Assembly (NCBI GenBank): GCA_004431415.1
Contig: QPMI01000490.1
Span: 1-64,000 of the forward strand
Reading direction: 5' to 3'
From: Cyanophora paradoxa CCMP329
Taxonomy: Eukaryota > Plantae > Glaucophyta
DNA length: 64,000 nt
Position 1 is the first letter of the stretch. Each line of letters starts with the position of its first letter. Positions 49,801 through 61,000 of the stretch are shown here, in pieces. The notes below the pieces were generated by a model. That model was not told the DNA's origin and searched no databases. It saw only the letters and a program-made list of their open reading frames with translations. The translations under genes were made by a program, and so were the position numbers.

Positions 49801-52800
49801 AGCGAGCCCGGAAGCAGCTAGGTTGAAAAGAGCTGCGGTGGAGTTAGCGAAGAATCCTTTTGTTGCTTTTAGGAACTCTTGGAATTGAAAATAAAGCGGC
49901 ACACGCAAAGTTCTGAACTCGACTGCTGTGGACGTCGACGTGCCAAGTGTGTTCGTCACATTCGCAGCACAGTAAAAAGTCGTATGCGGCATGCGCAGCG
50001 CAGGACTTGTAACTAAAATTGAAGCGTTGGATGCTCCAGCGTTGACCGTCGTGGATCCTGTCCAAATAATAACAGTCGGGTACTTTGCTGCAAGCCAGCA
50101 GCTCGCAGCGGCAGCAATTATAGGCAGTCCTGAGGAATAACCGAATCGAACGTCGATCACAACAGATTCGGAACTAATGTTCCGAGCCGATAACCCGACG
50201 GGAGGTGCAGGCTCCGTCAGGGGAAGTGACACTAGCACGAAAGCATAATCAAGTCAAAGCCTCCACGGTAGGGGGCTGCAATGAAAATAAAGCGAAGTGA
50301 AGGGGACTGAACTACCTGTTTCCGTAAAACGTACGTTCAATCCATCTGTTCCGACACCAATTTTCATCCTGGAATACCCCAGCGCGCATCAAAGCTCGTC
50401 GACAAGATTCGTACATGCCTGCATGTGCACGAACCTAGTGCAGTTTCTGCTCGCGATTGTCTGAACGGGGTCGAGCACTGCATAGGTAACCCCTGCTGTC
50501 GACGTCGTCTGCAAAGAGTAGCCGCTTGAAGGTATCGCCGATGCTTCTCCAGCCTTCATGCCAGCTGAGATGTGCGATTATTTGCATTAATATTGTAGTT
50601 ATTACTATGCACGCGCTCGTGTACATTAACGCACTCGCCGGATCGATCAACTCCGGGGGGAAGTTCAAATCTGCAGAGAGGGCGAATATCCCGCAGAAGC
50701 CCCAGACACCCACGGGTCCCTGGGTCGGAATGCGCCGATATCGAAAAGGCTTCGCCGTCGGATTGAGATCCACTTCACTGGGCCGCAGTCATTAGAGCAT
50801 ATTGGGACTATATCTTGGGACTATATCTGCTCACTAGAAGTCACTGTAGAACAGATTTTGACAGCAAAGTTCGGGCTGTCCTTGTCCGAAGTACCTGCAG
50901 AATTAATGAATAAAAGAGTGGTAAGCACGCAAATGACCTCAATACCATTTTCCTCCTGCTCCGAAGCGCACAAGCTCAAGCTCAGCTTAAAACTTCCAGG
51001 CACATTACATACACAGCGAGCGCACCGAGCCGGGCGGCTTTGACGTTGAAGCGAGATTTCAAGGCGGGGTACTCTGGACCTACTGAGGGCAGCAATCCGT
51101 CGGGGATTTCTTGAATCCAACCTGTCGCCTCTGACCAGCTGCAGCAAATCGAATCAGATGACCGTTTACGTTCAAGAGCGTATACAGCGCCAAAACCCAA
51201 ACCTCCACATGTCCGTTCTGTCGTTCAACATCATGAGAACGTCATGATGAGACAAGAACGAGAATGAGCTAAACGAGCGAAGCCTGAACGCACTGTTCCC
51301 CCAAAGCAACCTGCGATAGACAAATAGATTAGCTCAAAGAGAAGCGAAAATTGAAACGAACAGGGAACGCGCCCAGAAGTAGCCTCCGAAATACGTGACA
51401 ATAAAATTCTGTTTGCGGAAGGGCAAGGTGACGCTGTTTCCGGGAGGTTTGTGTCCTACAGGCGCAGTGTAGACAGTTGCAGAAGATAATATACTAGTAG
51501 TCGGAAAACTGAAGAAATAGAAGCGCCCTAATTCGAACAATTCCGATCAGAGCTTATAATTGTGCGCCATTGGTTGGATGCAGTTCGGTGCATCACCTAC
51601 GCAGTAAACTCGGCTGGATGGGCCCGTGTCTTCGTTCCAGGCGCAGAGCACATCGTCTCCCCAAAGATCAGGAAGCTCGGAGACATCGTGGAAATATTCG
51701 AACATTTGCCACCGATTGGAGTCTTGACGAAAGAAGGGGAGAAATATCACACGACTCGGCGAGTTGAATGCAAGCGGATCTGGGAAATATAAAAGCGCAC
51801 CCCAGGAGTGCCGGAAGAAAGCCCGATTTCGCATATCGTAAAGATCGTAGCTGGATTTCCAACGCGAGCTCCCGACCCATACAAGCTCGAGACCACGCGA
51901 CTCGGTGCGGATCGCTGTCACTGGTGACGCAAGGCGTGTGTCACTCCCAGGCCAGCGACTCCTATCGGTATACCATTGATACCAATCCGAGCTTTTGGTT
52001 CCGACCATGCTGAAAATCGCTGCACATGGTTTGCGTGTTAATGCAAAGACGAGATGAAACCTACGCAAACAGACAGACCTGCCGTCGAGAACGTTGCTGA
52101 CACCTTCCCAGGAGAGCACCCCTGGGGGTTGCAGAGCCAGGCGGTGCAGGTGTGCATGCGCGTCGAATTGGTGTAAGGGACCAGACCGGTCGCGGTGAAC
52201 GCAGCTGTGCCGGCGCTGCCTGCAACGGAAAGGGGGGCCTCCCATGCCCGTGGAAGGCGAGGCTGCCACTCGAACGTTGAGCCCGACGTCGATTTCCAGT
52301 CGTTCATCTCACAGGTCGCAGTCACGCTGGTGATCCAAGCCACTGAAGCGGCTGACGCTGGCCAAGTCACAAACACAGTCGCCCGCCGGTTTTCCGCACG
52401 CCCATCCCCAAGGGTGACATCGCCGACTGTCACGCTCGTTGGCGCGGCTGGGAGATCTCGCATTGCGAAGCGCGCGGATGCCGATGGGGCCCCGATTCCA
52501 GCGGAATTCTGCCCCGCAACGCTGCACGTGTATAAGGCGCCGAGGGTCAGGCCGGTCGCCGTAATCTTTGCAATGCTCGCGCCCGCCGGCACGGACGCCG
52601 ATCCCGCCCAGTCCACCGTGCCAGTATCCTCCCGGGTGCAATTTCCGTGCACACGAGTGACCCACGCGCCCCCGTTCCAGCCAAACACGGCGTAGAGGGT
52701 CGCGGAACGCGAGGATATCGAAGTGCCGTTCCAGGGCGCAAGCACTTCCCGTGGCCCGGCGGGGGGTACAGCTTGAAAGCGCGCATCGGAGAATATCGGC

Positions 52801-54560
52801 TCGGTGACTAGAGCGAGGGTCAGACACCAGGAAGAAAATAAAAATATGCGCCCCCGCTCACCAGTCAGGCGGCTCAGCTGTGGGGTATTACCGGCTCCGA
52901 CGGTAAAAGCGCTGCAGACCCCGTTCTGAATCGAGGCGACCGCGGGCGAAGCCGTCCAGTCGTGCCAAAACCAAGGCTCCGACATGCTCGTGTTCGCCCA
53001 CGAATAAGTGACTGGGAAAACCGATCATTGTCTGCAAGCAGACTGAAACAGTGACTTCGGCTGAGCGCACGAATCTTCGGTTCTTCGGGAAGGGGATCAA
53101 TATTGCTCAAGTCAACAAACAGTACATTTTGAGACGGATCGCTGGATGCAGAGCGCCTGTAGCCGTTGAAATTGAAGTACAGAGAGCCGCACATCCAGGT
53201 GAAGCCAATGCCCCGCGGGACCACAGTGCCGGTCTGAAAACGCAGAAAAGAGATTCATGTTTGAACGGCTGCAGATCTTGAGGCAACGCCATGCCACGGC
53301 ACCTGAGAGACACGAATCCATGCTGGTTTGGGGGACCGCAGGTCCGCGTAAAACACCGTGGTGTTGACATCCTCCGTCCCAACCCCATCACCCTGCGAAA
53401 CTCTGTCAGCTTCGAATTCCGATCGCAGCCTTCAAGTCTTTTGTAGCATGCTTGAGCTGCACATGCTCACCCCAAAATAGAAGAGTTTTCCATCATAGAT
53501 CTCGCCAGTCGATCGGAAAGCCGCGGGCTTCTGCGCACTCCCCTCATAATGACCAATGAGCACCGTCCAGGTCCCGGTCTGCCCTGGCAGTCCTGGGGTG
53601 TATGATCTGCAGTGTGTACGTTTATCGGCCGCGCGAGCAAGTGCTAGCTATAGTATTAGTTCGAAGATGCATATATGTGCATACATCAAGGATGAGGTCA
53701 AGCTCGAGTAAGTCCAGCCATGTAATCCGATGTAAGAGTATCGCCCTCCAGCGACATAGAGCTGCATGCGTTTATGTATATATTTGAACAGTGTTTCCAT
53801 CACAAGCGAGCATGCTAGAATGTTTTTCATATAGGGTAGAGACGCCACGCACCCGCCCCTCAAACGCCACTGTGACCGCCCACTCCCTACATCTGAAGAG
53901 GTCATTTCCAGCGTTCAAGTTGGCGCTGCATGTCGACTGTCCATCTGCCGCTCGAACGAGTTACGGTTGGCGAGAAGCGCGGTGACAGGGAGCAGCGGGG
54001 ACCGTATTCGAAGTACTGGCAACCTCGGCTGCCTGCGTGGGCGACAAAGTAGGGCATATTGCCGACTCCCCTCAGCAGCTTGTGGGTATGGCCATTATCC
54101 CCAGCCCCGAAGAAGCACTGTGTCGCAGCGAAAAAGGTGGCCGCAGACGTGTACGCTGGGGGGACCGACTTCGGGCTCGCTATGGGCCGAATGATGCCGG
54201 TGCTCGGGTCTAGCGACATGACGCCCCACTCCGAGTCTGTTCGTAATCAGGAGAAACGCATTTCGTAAGTGCTTCAAAACGCAATCGCAAGTTTAGCGTC
54301 GTTGAGCATGCTCGCACTCATGAAGATTAATGTTGTGTCCCTGCCCGCGGTTTCGTTGTAAGCTCCAGCGAAGGCGCCATAGAAGACCGAGCTGGCGACA
54401 GTGGTGCCAACAAAGGTAACGGTCGACGTGGCACTGGGGCCAGCAATCGCTGGAATGCGGGTAAGGGAAACTCTTTGGGAAGATGCCAGACCCAAGATCA
54501 TGGCCGACACTGAAAATGAAAGCAAGACGAAAGTCAGGCGAGAAAAGAGCAGGAGATTTT
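34854..54560 (-). CDS. Giant multi-exon type I membrane protein with many FN3 repeats, Kelch/beta-propeller-like modules, Pro/Ser/Thr stalk, one TM helix and a short basic tail (5' boundary approximate; could be more than one gene)
   Basis: FN3 signature P.AP...GG..I....C....L.PNT.Y.C.A...N..G repeated through ORFs 52038-52985, 49636-50238, 47548-48591, 41075-46216 and 38072-39295. Kelch-like segments (LVYCAGG..PAPRLGHC, PLPRQYHCMTVWNGSVWVTAG). PSPSPTPS stalk 36060-36490. TM LVFGAVVSVSTILFTVVLGLLLFALLAG at about 35090-35175. Hydrophobic leader near 54480-54555. Confidence 0.85.
42119..43723. repeat. Near-identical internal duplication of about 354 bp (42119-42472 and 43370-43723)
   Basis: Offset 1251 bp (417 codons); I see only one mismatch (ggccgtgcac vs ggccgagcac). 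Confidence 0.9.
44250..44945 (-). repeat. Coding minisatellite, 39-bp unit (GGGADAGNSTAPGD-type 13-mer), about 17 copies
   Basis: Repeated gtctcccggtgcagtgctgttgcccgcgtcggccccacc within the 1713-aa ORF. Confidence 0.95.
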
Positions 54561-56711
54561 TAAAAACGCACCAAGAAAGTAGTATGCCAGCAGGCCGGCC
54601 GCGTGCTCTTGCCTGCCCCCGATCAATGCTCTTGCCTGCCCCCGATCAGCTCCGGATCCACAACGCGTCCCAATGAGAATTCCCCGACGTGAGCGGCAGT
54701 TCGAGGGCCACCTGCTCGAAGAGCTTCAACGCTTAATTAGACCCCTAAATTAGAGCTGAAAGAAAGCGCGCACCGTTCTTGTGCCACGCGGTGGCCAATC
54801 AAGCATGAGGTAGCTGGGCGACTCGGCGTGCGAGTCATGATCATGGTAGACGCTCGCGACCGTTTGCGTGAACTCCGAATCCAACTCCTCCGCTCGTCCA
54901 ACATCGCGGTGCAACCGTTACCGCTACCGTAGTACGCTAACTAAACAAAGAGGTGCAGCGCTAGCTGGCAATCTCCAGATACCATGTATATGTATATGTT
55001 ATATCTCTGAAGTTCGGGGGCCGAAAAAGAGCTCGGGCTGCTGCTGCCGGGCTGCAGCTGCTGCTGCTGCGCATGCCGCGCCCCGACCTATAAACGCGAA
55101 TTGCCGCAGCCACAGCGGCCGGCGGCCGCGGGCCCGCCCCGGCGGCCGGGCGCGCTGCAACGTTAATCGTTGACTCAGTGAATGCGCGCGCTCATGATCA
55201 CGCGCGCGCGCACTGCGGCATGTGCCGCAATAAACGCTGGGGCGGCTGCAGCTGGGTCCGGCCCGGGGGCCCGGCCGGGGCTGGGATCCTGGCCCGATTC
55301 CTGGGACAGCCTGGGGGTCAGGGGCTCGGAAGCCTGGCCACTTGCACGGATGTTAGCTATAGAACTCGGAAAGCTTGAAGGCCGCGGCCTCTTCACAAGT
55401 ACGGGCCGCTGAGTGTCCGACGGTCACACGTATACGTATACCGTAGTACGTACGAGCCGATGCCTAGGCTAGCCCAATGGTACTATGATAAGTTGATAAC
55501 TAGTCCGACGGTCACCCGGGTCTCTCTTAAACTAGACTATATATATAGGCTCAGCGGCTAGTAAAGTTGAAATTCACAGATCTCAGAGTCTGGCCTAGGC
55601 CTAGCTATAGCTATCGATATCATAGACTCATAGCCTGATGATATAGCTAGCTATACAGTAGTAGACTGGCCCAGTGGTAGACTCACAGACTAGAGTCACA
55701 GACTCACAGTGTCTCACACTCACTAGGCCCACATTGACAGTGCCACGCCGTGACGGTGGGAGTCGTGGGACCCGGGGGCCGGGGCCCGGGGGCCGGGGGC
55801 CGGGACACTGGGAAGTCTGGGATCCCGGATCCTCCGGCTCGAGCTGCTCTCGGAGTGACGGAGTCCCGCCGACTCCCGACTCCCGAGTCCCGGACTCCCG
55901 GACTCCCGGGAGTCCCAAGACTTACACGGTACGGTCACCGGGTAAGGCAAACGCGACCGTCGGACGTTGACCTGGCCAATGGGCGGGAAGATCAAGCTGC
56001 GCGTGCCATGGGGCCTCTGAGCTAGCCACGGCTAGCTAGCCAGCCTAGCGCTATCTTATAATTACGGAAGGGGTACAGAAGGGGTGATGTCGAGATCTGG
56101 CCATCTCATGTGTACCTATGTTTGGCCTATAGCTACGGTTGAAATGAGTTAACGTTAACGTTAACGATAAACGTTTGGCCTCCATTCATCATGATTCATG
56201 ATAACACTACTTGTACTACCGTAGTACTACGTATACGCACGTGTCTACGTAAACATCTAGGCTCATCTAGCTACTAGGCTAGGGTCGATCTGGAGTCAAT
56301 TAATCATAATATATAAATCTGGAGGAATTATACTTATTAGAAGGCTGTGTGATCGAGTACCCCACTTGCATAACGCATTGTGCTTGTGTTCGACAATAAC
56401 TCAAAGTAACGCCTTCGTCTAAGACGAGACACGATCGCGAGTTTTCGATTTAGAAACGCACGCGCGGCACCCGATCCCAGTGTCCCGGCTGTGTCCGGTC
56501 AGATCATCGGATTTTTTACAGATACCCGCAGAGGTCCCGCCGGGCCGCTGTCTCCCGCACCGCTGCAGCCCTGGCAGCCTACCGGGTACTAGGCGGGTAG
56601 CTGCAGGCTGCAGGCTGCAGCCTGCAGGCAGCAGGGCCTGAGCAGGCTAGTAGTAACTTACTACTAGTAAGTAGCTCAGCTGCCAGGCTGCAGCCTGCAG
56701 GCTGCAGCGGC

Positions 56712-57195
56712 TAGGGGCGTGGACCGGGTCGGGGGGTCGGCCCGATCGACCCGACCCGCTCGCCCGGCCGACCCGACCGGGTCGACCCGGGTCGGCCCAG
56801 GGGGGGTACTTCGATCCCGCCCTCGACCGAAAGAACACCGCAAACGTGATGAATTACATCGAAAACGTGCTACAATGCAGCAGATACATTATAAAGATGC
56901 AATATTTGCAATATCTAGATGCATTATGCGCTCCGGAAACGAACTTCTGCTGTTTCGGGGGGTACGTATATTCCATCAAGCAGCCACGTCCACGTGCACT
57001 GTACATGTACATCTGCATGCATCTGTGCGACATATAAGTGTAATACACATAGTATGTGTTATATAGACGAAGATCTCAGCATTTATCAACACTTCAGAAA
57101 GGTGGAGAACGGTCCCCAAGGGTGTACCCAAGACCCTCCGGCCCGGGTCGACCCGGTTCGGGCCCGGATCGGGTCTGACCCGGGTCGGGAGGCTA
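56712..57195. mobile_element. Possible degenerate MITE (about 485 bp)
   Basis: TAG...CTA ends, gacccg/cgggtc subterminal repeats at both ends around an AT-rich core, and size like the other MITEs. The terminal repeats match poorly and the flanks (gcagcggc / gcggcagc) differ at 2 of 8 positions. Confidence 0.35.
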
Positions 57196-58087
57196 GCGGC
57201 AGCAGCGCTAGCCTGCAATGGCCCTGCATGCAGTGCCACTAGTACTCAGTGACTGTGCCAGCCCATGCACTGTGCACTGCCGGGCCAGTGCCGGCCCTGC
57301 AGGCTGCAGCCTCAGGCCCTCACTGAGTCAGGGCCTGCAGGCTGCAGCCTGGCAGGCTGCACAGCCTGCACTGCCCGCGGCCGCTCCAGGCTGCAGCTGC
57401 CAGACTAGTGCCAGTGCCTGCCACTGCCTGCCATGGGCCATGGCCCATCATGGCATGGCCAGTGCAGCCTGCAGGCTGCAGCCTGCATCCGATGATCATG
57501 GGCCTTCATGCATACCTATGGCTGCATGCGCATGCAGCCTGCAGCCTGCAGGCTGCAGCCTGCAGGCCCAGCCTGCCCAGGGCCCCAGACTCCCAGAGTC
57601 CCAGACTCCCAGTGCACTACCGTAGTACTAGTCACACAGTTCTCACACTGATGAGTAGTACTGTTACAAAGTTACTACTGTACTGTACAGTCTGTACTAC
57701 GCCGTAACTAGTAACTACGGTACTACTGAGCGCTACGCCGCTACCACCACTAGTAGGCTGGCTAGCGTGGCCGCGCGCGCACACACACACTGTGACCGTC
57801 GGACCGCGGCGTCGGTGCGACGTCGGGCCGTTGGACACGCCGCTCAGTACTAGTCGCCGGCGACTCGCCGCCGAGTCGCAGAATCGCCGCTGCCGCAGCG
57901 CGGCGCAGCCTACCGCAGTGCAGCCCGCAGCTGTAGGCCTAGGGCGACGCGCCCCGCGCGCATGCGCAGGCGTGTACATGCGTGTGAGAGTAGCTGAAGT
58001 CATTGCAATTACAATTAGCCGCGATTCCGCGACCTCGTAGCATCGATATCGCGGCGTGGTTGCGATATCCATGTCATATCATAATTA

Positions 58088-61000
58088 ATGAGCGGCGTGC
58101 CTCGAACTATAGCTAGTTGCAGGAGCGGCAAGAGCGGCATGCTCGAGCTCCTCGGCCGCAGCCGACGCGTACGGCGAAGCTTGAGCCGCAAGCGGCGCAT
58201 TTGCATGTACAGGGGGTCAGCGGCTTCGTTAAAACCATCGTCCTCCAGCCACCCGCGACTGCTTAGTCAAACAACATTCGGGAGCGCGATCCTCGGCGTT
58301 CTCGTGCTTGCTGTTGCGCTCGCCGGCCCAGCTTTTGCCGTCCAGAACGGTGCGCGCGGCGAGCTCTAGCTCTCGTCGACGTCATATTTCCTGTTGCTAT
58401 CATCAAGCTCCCCGTTGTAATTGCCGAGCTGCTAACTGCCCCGAGCAACGCCCCACCGCTCTTAAGCTTGCCGCGCTTCCCAACGCGTCTTGTCCCCCCC
58501 TCTCACCCTATCCCGCATCTACCCCCTCGCTCTCTGCCCACCCTTTTTGCTCTATGCCCTTTCCATCCCTAAGCCTTGCAATTGTGCCTCTGCTAGTCTA
58601 CCCCCCGAGAGTGTGTGTGGGGCGGGGCGGGGGGTGGAGGTGGCGTAGTAAGTGAGCCGACCGTTCGGCGAACAGGGTTCGCTGTCTCGCTTGCGGAGAC
58701 GCTGACGGAGGTGGTGTACGCTGCGCCCCTGAGCGCCAGCTTCGTCAACTCGGACCGCGACATCGCCTCCAACTACCGCCTCGCTCTCTTGGGCCGCAAC
58801 GCTCGGGGCGAATGGGTCTTCTGCGAGGCCCGCCGCGTTGATTTTCTCAAACCCAAGTTCCACGCATCGCGCTCACATGCACATGCTTGTGCAGTGGGAC
58901 TTGTTCCGCGATGGCTGCGTTTCTGACTTCAAGCCCAACTTTGTGCGCCTGCAGAATCTGCTGGCCAGTTGAAGATCTGTTTAGATTATGATACCCCTCG
59001 CTTCTCCGCAGGGCGGCTTCTCCCCCGTCGACTTCTCATTCTCGCAGCTGACTCCGTGCGTCGGACCTGCGGCTGCCCCCAGACCCAATCACGACATTAT
59101 TCCCAGATTTCCGGGGGTCGATATCGATATGTGGTCGACGGCGGCGGGAAACAGCACCTTTTTTCGCAGCATCGCTACGTGGGCCGATCCATCGGTCAGC
59201 GCCCCGCCGTGGGAGATCGCGGGCTTGGTGGGAGGTCCCAACAGCTACTTTCAACGGCACTGCACGGACGATCCTCTGGCGGCGCCAGCGAATCCTTGCA
59301 CGCACTTCACCCCTTTCAACTGGTTATCTTACGCCTACGACGGTGCTGCTGACCTTGATTCTCTTGGCCTAAATATTAAGGCAACAGCTGAACGTGCGTG
59401 CGTGCGCAGACAACTGCACCGGATGCTGCAAGGCACGCCGCCCATCTATTTCGAATTTGATTGAAGTGCACCGGCGACGCGGGCGCACCTTATATTTGCG
59501 CCGGCGATCAGACGGGCACGGCGGATGTCTGCAACGAGTTCGTGGACTGGACCCGGTCGGGCTGCGCGTGCGCATCAGCAGAGCCGTACGCGCACATCCG
59601 CCGCGGCCGCGAGTTCTCCGTCGACGAGCGGTGCGGCGGCCGCCTTGTCTATCGGCCACCAGAATTTCAAGTCTCAAGCCCATTTTCCTACCAGCTGGCT
59701 GTTCGATATGTTTGAGCGGATGCTCTTGGCCTTCGCGGGGACCAGGTGAGATACCTCTCGACTTGTCGGCGACCTTTATTGCGGCGCTCATGCGCCGTTC
59801 TTCGGCTTGTCTCACCTCCTTACAGTCACTACCAGTTGGCGGTGAGCCACCCTAAACGTCCAATAAAATCGCTCAGAATTTGGAATCGAGATTTTTTAAC
59901 TTTGCCTTGCAATTTTCTCAGACTTTCGACACGATGTACGCATTGTCCACCAACCCAACGTCGCCCTCCATGAAGTTGATCCACGCGAGTCCTCTGATTA
60001 CTTCATTCCCCAATCGCCATTATTAACCGGTTCACCACATTCGCAGGCCGACTTCTACGGCGTCTACATCCGCGCTGCTCGCGACAATGCGGCTTATTAC
60101 GCAGCAGACTCCGTGCACAACTTCAACACGCAGGCCGTCCCTTCTATCAACTGCCCGATTTGTCTGGCCCGACTTTGTCGATCTTTATGTCCGCTTCTCA
60201 CCGGGGGGCGCAGGGACGGACGAGATTAATGTGCGCCAGCACGACTTCGGCTCGTACCAGGCGTGGGAGAGCGCCTACCTCACCGACACGCGTGCGGAGC
60301 GCGCGTTCGCGCTTTCCGTCTCTCGCGGTTCACTGTTGAGCGCAGAGCATTTCACATTCCCCATGCGTGGCATCGCGTATTTCGGGTCGTACGTGCGGTA
60401 TCCCTGGGGCCGCATCGAGCCGCGGATCCGCATCTGCCGCCTCGCCGCGCCCCGCAACGTCGAGCTGCCCATCCTCGAGCACCTCCCCAAAATAACACCC
60501 GAAGGCTACACGTCCAATTCAAACGGCCTCTTCCGCACGACGAGCTTCCCGGGGGCCACGTCCGCTGAGGCGGTACCTCTTGGGGCGACGGTGCAGGCGA
60601 TGGCCGCCGACGGGCGCGTCGAGCGCGGCGGGCCGATCATCTACCACGCCGTCCTGCGGTCCGCCCCGCGCTCCCCTGCGCATGCGCCCTCGCCATCGAT
60701 CGGTCGCTCACAAGTGTCCAGCATCCCCTTCTTCCCCATCCGAAACCCCGATGACGCCTGCCCCGAAACGACGATCCTCAACGACCTCATCTGCCCGGGA
60801 ATCATCCGCTACGTCGTGTCCCTCTGGTGCCGCCGCACACGTCGAGTCCGATCGCTGCAGCACCGCCGCAGCCCTCTTACTGGCGGCAGGTCGTGGGGCC
60901 TCACATCTTCCGGCGCCACGCTGCTGCGGGACCCTGTCGTCGTGACGGAGCGGGCCTACCACTGGAATTTGACGCCGTTTATCCAGGGCCAGGTACCCCT

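Noticed and set aside
54605-54650. Small tandem duplications (gctcttgcctgcccccgatca twice; also tcctgtgtccacgggcca twice near 34748-34801)
   Set aside because: Ordinary local slippage-type duplications with no further structure.
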